Source: Pirellulales bacterium (GTDB taxonomy: Bacteria > Planctomycetota > Planctomycetia > Pirellulales > JBBDJB01). From it: a DNA stretch of 64,000 nucleotides. Positions 1-10,965 of this stretch are shown here, one piece after another. The notes under the pieces were generated by a model. That model was not told the DNA's origin. It searched no databases and was given only the letters and a program-made list of their open reading frames with translations. The position numbers were made by a program, and so were the translations under genes. The DNA lies in contig JBBDJB010000032.1 of the NCBI GenBank assembly GCA_040880125.1, positions 11,090 through 75,089 on the forward strand, in the 5' to 3' direction. Each line of letters starts with the position of its first letter. Positions within the stretch are counted from its first letter, which is position 1.

Positions 1-811
1 TCCGCCAAGGGCCGACGAGCGAGGCGTATCGCTGCACCAAGCCGGTGCGAATCGCCCAACGATGGGCCGATTGCCGCAAGTCCGCAGCGGCCTGTCCCGC
101 TGCCAGGATCGGCCGGGAGACGACCGGGGCGTCCAGCCAGTCGGCGATGGTCCGGGCGGCCGCTTCCCTTTGCGAGGCCGGCTGGCGCAGCAGCTCGCGG
201 TCGTACACCGCATCGTAATCGGAAAGGTACGGAGTCGCCGGATCGACCGCCGCGGCTGGCCGCCCGTAAATGTCGCGTGCGCTGAGTTCTGCAAAATCGT
301 AGCCGAACGTGCGGGCTTCTCTGATTGCGACAGTGCTCGCCTGAAGTGAGACGTGGCGCTCCGGAGCGGGCGGAGCCCCGGTCAGAGCACGGGAGTTGCC
401 CAGCGGGGACGCGCTGGACCGGGCGTTTTGCACTTGCTGCTTGATTTCGTCGCCCCACTTGGTCAGTTCGACCAGCACGCACGACGGAACGCCCACGTTG
501 GCGGCAGCGTAACCGCCGAGCGGCGCGACCTCGGCCGAATCGAGCGGCCACATCGGCGTCGTGCGGAAGACATACGGCTCTGGATAATTGGCCGTTGATG
601 GAACCGTCACGGGCGATGCGGATTTGTTCGGCGCCGACGTGTTGAGGAACGGACGGTTGCAGCCCCACTCCGACGCATCGACCAGCAGGCAGCTTTCCGG
701 GACGAGGCTGAGGTGCTCGACTTCAGCTTGGCTGCCGGACACGCCCGCGGGACCGACGATCAACGAACACACCGTGACCAGATGAGCAACCAGTTCGCCA
801 GTGGGGATCAT
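1..811 (-). CDS. hypothetical secreted protein (C-terminal part lies beyond the window edge)
   Basis: My own translation of the minus strand starts at ATG 811-809, with GGAGG 8 nt upstream. It runs stop-free to position 1 (MIPTGELVAHLVTVCSLIVGPAGVSGSQAEVEHL...). Third codon positions are G/C-rich and the N-terminus is hydrophobic. It is absent from the ORF track only because no stop lies inside the window. No family recognised. Confidence 0.55.
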   Translation of the reverse strand, partial: MIPTGELVAHLVTVCSLIVGPAGVSGSQAEVEHLSLVPESCLLVDASEWGCNRPFLNTSAPNKSASPVTVPSTANYPEPYVFRTTPMWPLDSAEVAPLGGYAAANVGVPSCVLVELTKWGDEIKQQVQNARSSASPLGNSRALTGAPPAPERHVSLQASTVAIREARTFGYDFAELSARDIYGRPAAAVDPATPYLSDYDAVYDRELLRQPASQREAAARTIADWLDAPVVSRPILAAGQAAADLRQSAHRWAIRTGLVQRYASLVGPWR

Positions 812-1841
812 GCGGAATATCCTCCGGGGATTGGACCCGCGGCACGTGTGGGAGCAATAGAGCCGCGGTGGGATGAACGGATCGAGTGTGCGCTAGGGGT
901 CGCAGTGTTCGGTATCGGAGACTGCCGCTTAGGGTCATTAGGTAAACAGCACATACGCGGCAAGCGGCGTAGAGTATCCGCCCGCTTCTGGCGACGGGGG
1001 AAAAGCGGGAAAGCTTCGTGAAGGCGCCGCGCGTATCGCTCGTAGCGAATGGCGCGGGCGGTCTAATGCCAGAGGCAGGGCAACCAGTGGAGAACCACAA
1101 CGGCAACGACGGGCAGGACATTGGCCTTCGCGCCGAATCACCACAGTAAAGGCCCGTTCGATTCGATTCGAAATGATATAAAATATGTTCGAAGTTATTG
1201 ACTCCGTCAGCAAGTTCGGTAGAATCTGCTGCGGAGATTTCTCTGCAATACTTTACCATAGGCGGCTTCCGGAATCGCAGAAATTGAACGGTTACCGCGA
1301 GAGGAGCATTGCCTTGGAATGGGTGTATTTATTCAGTAGGAATGCCGTTCGTGGCAGAGGACGCGGCAAGCGGTGAACGGGCCGCAATCGGGAGCGACGA
1401 CGGAATCACAATAGGGAGGACTTTTTCAACGCAGCAGAAACTCGGGTGTTGCAAAAAGGTGCCAGTTCGCGCGACTGGCGCCGGGTGGGGAGGCTGCCTT
1501 TTGCAACAAACGTGGGGCCCCCCCTGAAGGGCGCGTTGCAAAAATCGCGTGGCCACAGACTTCCCGTCTCCGTGGTTTTGATGGACCGCACCCAGCACGG
1601 CCTCAACGCGGCTGCGAGACTTTTCCATCCCGACAAGCTGGAGAAGATAGGTCGAAATCTCCGATAGGTAAAATCAGCGAAGCAATATTTTCTTGGGGGC
1701 TTGAAATGGACGCGAGCCCTCCGGTGGCCCAGTCAACCAACGGAGTGCGATGGCGGCGGCTCGTCGCAAGGTCGGTGCTAATGCCGACTTGCTCCGTGAC
1801 GAGCGGCCGCGTGACGTCCTTCTCAACCGCCCAGGAAAACC

Positions 1842-2438
1842 ATGAGCGAGAAAAAGCCCCACTACTTTCTCTTCGTCACCGGCGATCACGGTGAGTCGGG
1901 CGAGAGCCTTTGGAAGTTTGTCCTCCAGCCGGTCGAAGGCGACTCGAAGATGGTCGTCTCTGATCGCGAGCCGGAGGCCGTCGGCGAACGGCTCGAGCTT
2001 TTGGCCCTGGTCCGCGGACTGGAGGCGCTCGATCAGCCATCCCGCGTGACGCTGGTCACCGAGAGCCGCTACGTCAGCCGCGGCGTGCAGTACGGCCTGG
2101 AAGAATGGCGTGAAAACGCCTGGATGTGGGAGCGGTTCGGCTGTTTGGTGCCAATCAAGGACCGCGACCTCTGGCAACGGGTCGATCAGGCGTTGAAGTT
2201 TCACCGCCTGGAGTGTCGCACGTGGCGCGTCGACGCGGCGCACAGTTCTGCCGCAGCGGCAGCCGCAGTCTCGGATGCCCCACGGCCGCATTCCCCGCGT
2301 GTCCGCCGGGCGGCGCAGTCTCGACCCGGCTGGAGCCAGCGGATCGCCGCCGCAGTCGGGAGCTGGCGGCCACGTTGGGCCACAAGACCGACCGGATGGG
2401 TAAATGCAGGTAGCGTGGGCAATTTGGGCGCAGTTTGA
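1842..2438 (+). CDS. RNase HI-like protein, possibly catalytically degenerate, with a C-terminal Ala/Arg/Pro-rich tail
   Basis: ATG at 1842. GERLELLALVRGLEAL...VTLVTESRYVSRGV...KDRDLWQRVDQAL parallels E. coli RNase HI NNRMELMAAIVALEAL...ILSTDSQYVRQGI...KNVDLWQRLDAAL (quoted from memory). TESRYV replaces TDSQYV, and the C-terminal GH...D.LA segment is missing. Confidence 0.65.
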   Translation: MSEKKPHYFLFVTGDHGESGESLWKFVLQPVEGDSKMVVSDREPEAVGERLELLALVRGLEALDQPSRVTLVTESRYVSRGVQYGLEEWRENAWMWERFGCLVPIKDRDLWQRVDQALKFHRLECRTWRVDAAHSSAAAAAAVSDAPRPHSPRVRRAAQSRPGWSQRIAAAVGSWRPRWATRPTGWVNAGSVGNLGAV

Positions 2439-2739
2439 CCGCAGCACGCGCGGCCGTGAGAATGGACATCCAGACCTGCAGCCGTGGCGTGCGAAAGCGA
2501 AAAAATTCGCATGAATTCAGCCCCGGCACTCGTTTTACCGCTACCGGCTGAAACTTACGATTCCAGCTACTAAGACAAGGGTCTGCACCACAGCCCACCC
2601 GACAGGGGCTCCGGCAGGAAGCGACGTTAACGAAACCGAACGAGAACGGACCCAATCGAACGAGGGGCGAAGCCACCGCGGCCGGAGAGCCGCACAACGG
2701 GCGGCCGCCAGTTGGTCGAATGGGCCAAGCGAGGAGGAT

Positions 2740-4948
<2,209 letters not shown>

Positions 4949-4962
<14 letters not shown>

Positions 4963-4986
4963 AGCAGGCCGAGAATCCTGAAGCAG
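4949..4986. repeat. perfect 19-bp tandem duplication GCCGAGAATCCTGAAGCAG x2 straddling the glgB stop codon
   Basis: Read directly: copy 1 is 4949-4967 and contains the TGA at 4960-4962. Copy 2 is 4968-4986, immediately adjacent with no mismatch. Confidence 0.9.
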
Positions 4987-5129
4987 ATAGGTGAGGGCAT
5001 GGCACCCAGCGGACGAAAGTCCTCTCGCCGGTCTCGCATTGGGAGAGGGGTTGCACGGTGGCACAGATACTCCTGTCCGTGCGCCGTGCCAGATTCATTT
5101 TGCAGTTCCGGCGGCAAAGCCAGTTGTCA

Positions 5130-7631
5130 CTACCGCGACACCGAGTCCAGCGATCGGGCAAACTCCAGATGCTCCTCTTGATGGATCTCGTTGAGCAACG
5201 AGCTGAGCACCTGCTGACGCATCTCTCTCCGCTCTTGCTGATAGGCGGAGCGCTGGCCGAGCAAAAAGTCCTCGTGAAGCTGCTCGATCGGCGTGACGTG
5301 GCTGGCCAACCGGACCACGTAGGCCACCGTTTCAGGATGATTCGTCGCCACGGCAAACTCGCCCTCGTCCAGCCCGAACACGGTCTGCATGAAGTCCGGT
5401 CCCGCCGCCTCGACGCCCTCGATTTCATTCAGGCGGTAAGTGATCTCCGGCCGCGTGGGACTCAGGGCGCCCATCGTCAGCCACGAAAAGGGGTCGGTTT
5501 GAATGACCTCGTAACCTTCCGCTGCAGGATAGAGCTCGGCCAGCGGGACGGTGCCGGTGCGGGCCGTGTCGGCCATCTTCTCCGCCGCCTGTTTGGCGAG
5601 TTCGGCCGCCTTTTGCATCTTCCACTGACGCACGACTTGGTCGCGCAGCTCGTCCAGTTTCGGAACGTAGCCGGGCTCATCGGCCGTCTTGTAGATGACG
5701 TAGCGGTTGCCGATCAGATCGGTGTCCGAGGCCTCGGCCGACAGCGGCCGGTACAGCGGCAGCGGCGGCTGGTCCGTGAACGCGCGATACGCGACCTGGG
5801 TCCCTTCGTCGATGATGTTCGCCTGCCCCAGCGGCGTAGAGACAATTTCAAAGTAAGAGCCTCGCACGGGCGGCTCGATCGAAAGACCGGGATGATCGAT
5901 CAGAGCCTGCAAGTCGGGCGGCTCCGGCTTGGGAGTCTGCTCCTGGCTGGGCGCTTGCGAATCGGCATTCTCCGCCTCGCTCGCTGCCCGGTCGACGTTC
6001 TCCAGCTCCCAGGCAATCAGATCGTTGTAGTAGATGTTCAACGCCGAAATGACCGGCTCCAGCGCCCGTTCCATTTCGGCCGGGGCATTCTGCCGGGCAA
6101 GCGTGCGGCGGATCTCATCGCGGACCTCTTCCAGCGGTTGGTATTCGACCGGTGGCGCGGACGGCGGCGAAGTGGCGCCGCCATCCGGCGCATCGATGGT
6201 CGGCGGCTGCAGCGGCGTGGGCGGAGCACCGGGCAGATCGTCCTGCGGGCGCGGCTCGGGAGTATCCAGCGCGTCGGGAAGCGACAAGGCCGGAGGAGAC
6301 TGGCTCGTGGGCGCCTGCGTATCGATCACCGGAGCATTTGCTTCCTGGGCAGGCTGATTGAATGCGGTCACATACTGCCAGTCGTCCGGCCGTGCGGCCG
6401 ACGTATCGTCCGCCTTCGGCTCGGTGGGCGATGCGTCTTCCGGCGACTGCGGGGCAGCGCCCTCGGGGGCAGTGTCTTCCGGGGCAGTGTCTTCCGGGGC
6501 AGTGTCTTCCGGAACAGTGCCCTCTGGCGTGGCGCTCTCGGGCGGAGCATCCTCTGCGGGAGGCGCACTCTCGACCGAATCGGCCGTTTCCGCCGGGGCG
6601 GATTCTTCCGCGGGCGGTGCTTCAGTTTGCGGTGCTGCAGCGGCGGGCTGCTCGGGAGCAGGTGGAGCACCCTCGAGCGGTGGCGCGGCCTGGTCGCCGG
6701 CCGGTGTTTCGTCCTCCAGCAGGCTGGCACGCTCGAACAGGTACTTGTTGTTCTCGTAGTACGTGGCGATCTGTTCCTCGGAGATATCGGCCGCGATCTG
6801 GTCGATGAACGTCTCGATGTCGGCCTTCACCGCCTTCAACTCGACCCGGCGGGGCACACGGAAGGCGGGAGTCGGCGAAGGCAGCTCAGTCCCCTGCGCG
6901 ACGTCCGGCCGGGGCTCGAACTGATTGTATTGTTCAAAAAACTCCTGGACTTGTGCGTCCGTAGGATCGGATACCTCGTCCAGATAATCTTCGGCCCGAA
7001 CCGGCACCAACTCGGCCACGACCCGGTCGTTGACGCGCAGCCACTGCGTCCATCGCGCGGCTGGCGGTACGCCGTCGGCGGCAATGATATAGTTCCGCAC
7101 CAGGTTCCAGGCGAGCAACTCGCGGCGGAGCGCCTGAAAGATCGTCCGCATGGTGACCTTCTGGCGATCCGACAGTTGCATATTGTCCGTAATCCCGCGA
7201 AGCTGCGCCGCGGTGACACTGTTATTGGTAAGCTGCTCCAAGTAATGGTTGATGGCTTGGTCGGAGACGACGTACCCCACGTCTTCGGCCTTTTGCGCGA
7301 GCAGCACGGTGTTCAGTACAGACTCCTCGGTTGCCGGTCCGCCCACCAGCTCCACCTGCGGCGGCTGACCGCTGGCCATCGCACCGAGTTGAGCGGCTTC
7401 ATAGAGAAAGGCGTTCAGGACCCGGCGAAGCATGAGAAGCTGGGACATTTCCAGATCGCGAATTTCGCCGCTGTCCCACTCAGCGATCACCGGATTTTGT
7501 GGTGCCGTATCCCCGCCGCCCATCAGTTGCATAAGCGAGTCGCCGATGGTGAATACCAGCATCAGGGCGACGCCGAACACGACCAGCATCGCTTTTTGGT
7601 ATTTGCGAAAAACGCTAAATGGACTGGCCAT
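5130..7631 (-). CDS. PpiD/SurA-N-terminal-domain-like periplasmic chaperone with a large acidic Pro/Ala/Glu-rich insert
   Basis: The N-terminus MASPFSVFRKYQKAMLVVFGVALMLVFTIGD is the membrane-anchored start typical of PpiD-like proteins, and the flanks are helical and chaperone-like. I did not see a clear parvulin motif. The 875-aa plus-strand ORF over the same DNA is Arg-rich antisense shadow. Confidence 0.7.
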   Translation of the reverse strand: MASPFSVFRKYQKAMLVVFGVALMLVFTIGDSLMQLMGGGDTAPQNPVIAEWDSGEIRDLEMSQLLMLRRVLNAFLYEAAQLGAMASGQPPQVELVGGPATEESVLNTVLLAQKAEDVGYVVSDQAINHYLEQLTNNSVTAAQLRGITDNMQLSDRQKVTMRTIFQALRRELLAWNLVRNYIIAADGVPPAARWTQWLRVNDRVVAELVPVRAEDYLDEVSDPTDAQVQEFFEQYNQFEPRPDVAQGTELPSPTPAFRVPRRVELKAVKADIETFIDQIAADISEEQIATYYENNKYLFERASLLEDETPAGDQAAPPLEGAPPAPEQPAAAAPQTEAPPAEESAPAETADSVESAPPAEDAPPESATPEGTVPEDTAPEDTAPEDTAPEGAAPQSPEDASPTEPKADDTSAARPDDWQYVTAFNQPAQEANAPVIDTQAPTSQSPPALSLPDALDTPEPRPQDDLPGAPPTPLQPPTIDAPDGGATSPPSAPPVEYQPLEEVRDEIRRTLARQNAPAEMERALEPVISALNIYYNDLIAWELENVDRAASEAENADSQAPSQEQTPKPEPPDLQALIDHPGLSIEPPVRGSYFEIVSTPLGQANIIDEGTQVAYRAFTDQPPLPLYRPLSAEASDTDLIGNRYVIYKTADEPGYVPKLDELRDQVVRQWKMQKAAELAKQAAEKMADTARTGTVPLAELYPAAEGYEVIQTDPFSWLTMGALSPTRPEITYRLNEIEGVEAAGPDFMQTVFGLDEGEFAVATNHPETVAYVVRLASHVTPIEQLHEDFLLGQRSAYQQERREMRQQVLSSLLNEIHQEEHLEFARSLDSVSR
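6451..6525. repeat. 15-bp tandem repeat (GGGGCAGTGTCTTCC x3 perfect, flanked by degenerate copies) encoding PEDTA pentapeptide repeats on the minus strand
   Basis: Perfect copies sit at 6466-6480, 6481-6495 and 6496-6510. Degenerate copies sit at 6451-6465 and 6511-6525. The protein reads TVPEDTAPEDTAPEDTAPEGAAP. Confidence 0.85.
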
Positions 7632-7681
7632 GGGGAGGATTCCTGGCTAAAGCAAGGCGACGGTCAGCGCGGCTGTCTCAC

Positions 7682-7709
7682 TTGACAGGAGCTTGGCCGG
7701 CCTATTAAT
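7682..7709 (+). promoter_or_regulatory. sigma70-like promoter candidate (TTGACA ... TATTAAT) in the divergent ppiD-like/topA intergenic region
   Basis: TTGACA lies at 7682-7687 and TATTAAT at 7703-7709, giving a 15-16 nt spacer. It sits ~355 nt upstream of the topA ATG. This is pattern only; promoter rules for this phylum are uncertain. Confidence 0.2.
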
Positions 7710-8063
7710 GAATTGGCTCCGATCAAGTCAACCGGAAGGTACGTGATTGTAAGTTTGATCGACGTAAAGGCAATCCCAAAAAGGAGTGTGGTGAAATTGG
7801 CCGGCGGCCCAAGGCATCCGATGGCCCGTGCGTCGCCAGAGTGCTATGCTCGCCCTGACGTGCCGCGGCACCCGGGTTTCTTCAAAAGCGAAGCCGCGCG
7901 GCCACCCAATGAGAGGCCGCCCAAAACGGTCGTATCGAGTCTCGGAACGCAAGCGATAAGTCGACACCCCCTCGACGACAAGCCGTGCTGCCATGTGGGG
8001 CCCGATGGCTCCTGGCACGGTGCTGGAAAGTAACAAGCAAACCTCCGTATCCCCGAAGTTTCA

Positions 8064-10796
8064 ATGGCCAAAAAAGCTAATAACCACGGCACCAGATCGC
8101 TGGTGATTGTCGAGTCGCCCGCCAAAGCCCGCACGATCGAAAAAATCCTGGGGAGCAACTTCAAAGTTGCCGCCAGTATCGGCCATGTGCGCGACCTGCC
8201 GCAAGGCGCCAAACAGGTGCCGGCCAAGTACAAGGGCGAGGACTGGGCGCATTTGGGCGTGAATGTCAACGAGGATTTCGACCCGATCTACGTTGTTCCG
8301 CCCGGCAAGACCAAGCAAATCGCCAAGCTCAAATCGCTGTTGAAAGAGTCTGACCAGCTTTATCTGGCGACCGACGAGGACCGCGAAGGCGAGGCGATCA
8401 GTTGGCATCTGTGCGAACTGCTTAAGCCGAAGGTGCCGGTTTACCGGCTCGTTTTTCACGAAATCACGGAGGAGGCGATCCGCGATGCCCTGTCCAATCC
8501 GCGAGATGTCGACGACCGGCTCGTGCGGGCGCAAGAGACGCGGCGGATCTTGGACCGGCTCTACGGCTACGAGGTCTCCCCGCTGCTGTGGCGCAAGGTT
8601 CGCCCCAAGCTCTCCGCCGGACGCGTTCAGAGCGTTGCGGTGCGGCTTATCGTCCAGCGCGAACGGGAACGGATGGCATTCGCTTCCGCGACGTACTGGG
8701 ACCTGCTGGCCACCTTTGCCGCCGAAGCGGGCCAGCCGTTCGATGCCACACTAATCTCCGTCGACGGGCGGCGCATTCCCGCCGGTAAGGATTTTGATTC
8801 GGCAACCGGTCAACTCAAGGACAAGAACCTGTACTTGCTGCAGGAAGGTGATGCCGCGGCGCTGGTCGAGCGGCTGCGGAATGCAACCTTTCGCGTCGTC
8901 GGGCTGGAAGTGAAGCCTTACACGTCGCAGCCGTACGCTCCGTTCACGACCAGCACGTTACAGCAAGAGGCAAATCGCAAGCTCGGATTCACGGCTAAGC
9001 GGACGATGCAGATCGCGCAGAGCCTGTACGAGACTGGCCACATCACCTACATGCGAACCGATTCGACGAACCTGGCGAGGGTGGCCGTCGACGCCGCCCG
9101 CGATCTGGTGGCTTCCGAATACGGGCGCGACTATCTGCCGGACTCGCCGCGGACTTATAAGTCGAAGGTGAAGAATGCCCAGGAGGCACACGAGGCGATT
9201 CGGCCGGCCGGGCATCCCTTCGAACTGCCTTCGGCAATGCGGTCGCAGCTCAACGCCGAAGAGTTCAAGTTATTCGAGCTGATTTGGAAGCGGACCGTGG
9301 CCAGCCAGATGGCCGACGCCCGCGGCCGGCGGATTGCCATCACGATCGAGGGCGACGGCTGCCGGTTCCGCGTGAGCGGTAAAACGGTCGACTTCGCCGG
9401 TTACCTGCGGGCGTACGTCGAGGGTTCGGACGATCCCGATACCGAACTGGCCGACAAGGAAACGCTGTTGCCCGACGTCCAAGAGGGGCAGCAGCTCGAT
9501 TGCCGAAAGCTCAAGCCCGTCGGCCACACGACGCAGCCGCCTGGCCGGTTCAGCGAAGCGGCGCTCACCCGTTCGCTCGAGGAAAAGGGCATTGGCCGAC
9601 CCAGCACCTATGCTTCGATTATCGAGACGATCCTGGCGCGGGGCTACGTGTTCAAAAAGGGAACCGCTCTGGTGCCGACGTGGGTGGCGTTTTCCGTTGT
9701 GAAGCTGTTGGAGGATCACCTGCCGACATTGGTGGACTATCAGTTCACCGCTCAAATGGAGGACGACCTGGATACGATCAGCCGCGGCGAGAAGGGGCCG
9801 ACGGAGTATCTGACCCGGTTTTACTTCGGCAACGGGCAGGTGGGCCTCAAGCCGCAGTTAATGAACAAGGTGGAAGAGATCGACGCGCGGGGCATCAGCC
9901 GCATTTTCATCGGCAAGCCGGACGATGGCGAAGAGATCTACGTACGAGTGGGCCGCTATGCTCCGTTTATCGAACAGGGCGAGCGCCGCGCACCACTGCC
10001 GGAGGATACGCCGCCGGACGAGGTGAACGTCCAGACGGCGCTGAAGCTGCTTGAACAGGCGAGCCTGGCCGACGAGCCGCTGGGCATCTGCCCGGATACG
10101 CATAAGCCGGTTTATTTGAAGGTCGGGCGATTCGGACCCTACGTGCAACGAGGCACGCCGGACGATGACGAGAAACCGCAGAACGCCTCGCTGCTGAAGG
10201 GGATGTCGCCGGAGGCTATCGACCTGGAAACCGCAATCAAGCTGCTTTCGCTGCCGCGGAATCTGGGCGATCATCCCGAAACCGGCCAGCCGGTGATGGC
10301 GCACAACGGTCGGTTCGGCCCGTACGTGAAAAGTGGCGACGAAACCCGCTCGTTGCCGGCGGAAACGTCACCGCTGGAAGTGAGTCTCGACGAAGCGCTA
10401 AAGCTGCTGGCGCAACCCAAGACGCAGGGGCGCCGCCGAGGCGGCGCGCCGCAGGCGATCAAGGAGTTCGAGAAGTCGCCGGTCACTGGCGAGCCGATCA
10501 AGCTGCTCAGCGGCCGCTATGGACCGTATGTGACCGACGGCACGACCAATGCATCGCTGCCGAAGGATCGAGCTCCGGAGGAGCTGACGTTCAAGGAAGC
10601 GCTTGATCTGCTGGCCGCCCGGGCGGAGCTCGGACCCTCGAAAAAGAAGGCGGCCCGAAAGAAAAAATCCTCCGGCAATAAGAAGACGACCGCTAAGAAG
10701 AAGACTTCCACCAAGTCGGCCAAGAAGTCGGGCACCGCAAGCAAGAAAGCCGCGAAGAAGAAGACCTCCAAGGGGAGCACGTCGCGCAAATCGTAG
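8064..10796 (+). CDS. topA: DNA topoisomerase I with a C-terminal lysine-rich tail
   Basis: 910 aa. It has a TOPRIM start (LVIVESPAKARTIEKILG, ATDEDREGEAISWH), the active-site region HITYMRTDST, repeated C-terminal GRFGPYV/GRYGPYV motifs, and a terminal KKKAARKKKSSGNKKTTAKKKTSTKSAKK tail. Confidence 0.97.
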   Translation: MAKKANNHGTRSLVIVESPAKARTIEKILGSNFKVAASIGHVRDLPQGAKQVPAKYKGEDWAHLGVNVNEDFDPIYVVPPGKTKQIAKLKSLLKESDQLYLATDEDREGEAISWHLCELLKPKVPVYRLVFHEITEEAIRDALSNPRDVDDRLVRAQETRRILDRLYGYEVSPLLWRKVRPKLSAGRVQSVAVRLIVQRERERMAFASATYWDLLATFAAEAGQPFDATLISVDGRRIPAGKDFDSATGQLKDKNLYLLQEGDAAALVERLRNATFRVVGLEVKPYTSQPYAPFTTSTLQQEANRKLGFTAKRTMQIAQSLYETGHITYMRTDSTNLARVAVDAARDLVASEYGRDYLPDSPRTYKSKVKNAQEAHEAIRPAGHPFELPSAMRSQLNAEEFKLFELIWKRTVASQMADARGRRIAITIEGDGCRFRVSGKTVDFAGYLRAYVEGSDDPDTELADKETLLPDVQEGQQLDCRKLKPVGHTTQPPGRFSEAALTRSLEEKGIGRPSTYASIIETILARGYVFKKGTALVPTWVAFSVVKLLEDHLPTLVDYQFTAQMEDDLDTISRGEKGPTEYLTRFYFGNGQVGLKPQLMNKVEEIDARGISRIFIGKPDDGEEIYVRVGRYAPFIEQGERRAPLPEDTPPDEVNVQTALKLLEQASLADEPLGICPDTHKPVYLKVGRFGPYVQRGTPDDDEKPQNASLLKGMSPEAIDLETAIKLLSLPRNLGDHPETGQPVMAHNGRFGPYVKSGDETRSLPAETSPLEVSLDEALKLLAQPKTQGRRRGGAPQAIKEFEKSPVTGEPIKLLSGRYGPYVTDGTTNASLPKDRAPEELTFKEALDLLAARAELGPSKKKAARKKKSSGNKKTTAKKKTSTKSAKKSGTASKKAAKKKTSKGSTSRKS

Positions 10797-10887
10797 TGGA
10801 CTGGACGTCGGGCCCAACGGCTGCCGAAAGACGCTGTCGTGGCGCTTTTCAACCTCGCCAAGTTCGGAGCATAGCTCCTCACCACTC

Positions 10888-10919
10888 GCCAACACAACGA
10901 TTCGCGTCGTTGTGTTGGC
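10888..10919. terminator. perfect 13-bp stem hairpin between convergent topA and the giant gene (candidate bidirectional terminator)
   Basis: GCCAACACAACGA-ttcgcg-TCGTTGTGTTGGC, read directly. It lies between the topA stop (10796) and the giant-gene stop (10966). There is no U-tract on either side, so function is inferred from position only. Confidence 0.45.
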
Positions 10920-10965
10920 ATCACCTCCATGCGATGCAGCAGCCGGTTGCACAATCAACAGCGTG

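Noticed and set aside
840-1260. Possible structured RNA (RNase P RNA, tmRNA, TPP or cobalamin riboswitch). The stretch GGTCTAATGCCAGAGGCAGGG vaguely recalls the TPP-riboswitch ...UAAUGCCAGCG... box.
   Set aside because: No CUGAGA box, no GGAAAGUCC/ACAGAACCCGGCUUA P4 strands, and no tRNA-like 3' end or ...CCACCA were found on either strand. The downstream gene is not thi-related. It is kept only as a generic non-coding-gap finding.
5058-7685. 875-aa plus-strand ORF, the longest ORF in that region.
   Set aside because: It lies fully antisense to the PpiD-like gene. It is extremely Arg/Leu/Gly-rich (RRLRGSALGGSVFRGSVFRGSVFRN...) and has no motifs. The minus-strand product has a recognisable family N-terminus, so this is a typical high-G+C shadow ORF.
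7735-8060. tmRNA-like 5' motif GATTGTAAGTTTGATCGACG (compare GAUUCUGGAUUCGACG) in the topA upstream region.
   Set aside because: There is no G-U acceptor stem partner, no T-arm GGGGGTTCGAATCCCCC-like element, no ...CCACCA end, and no tag ORF ending in hydrophobic Ala-Ala.
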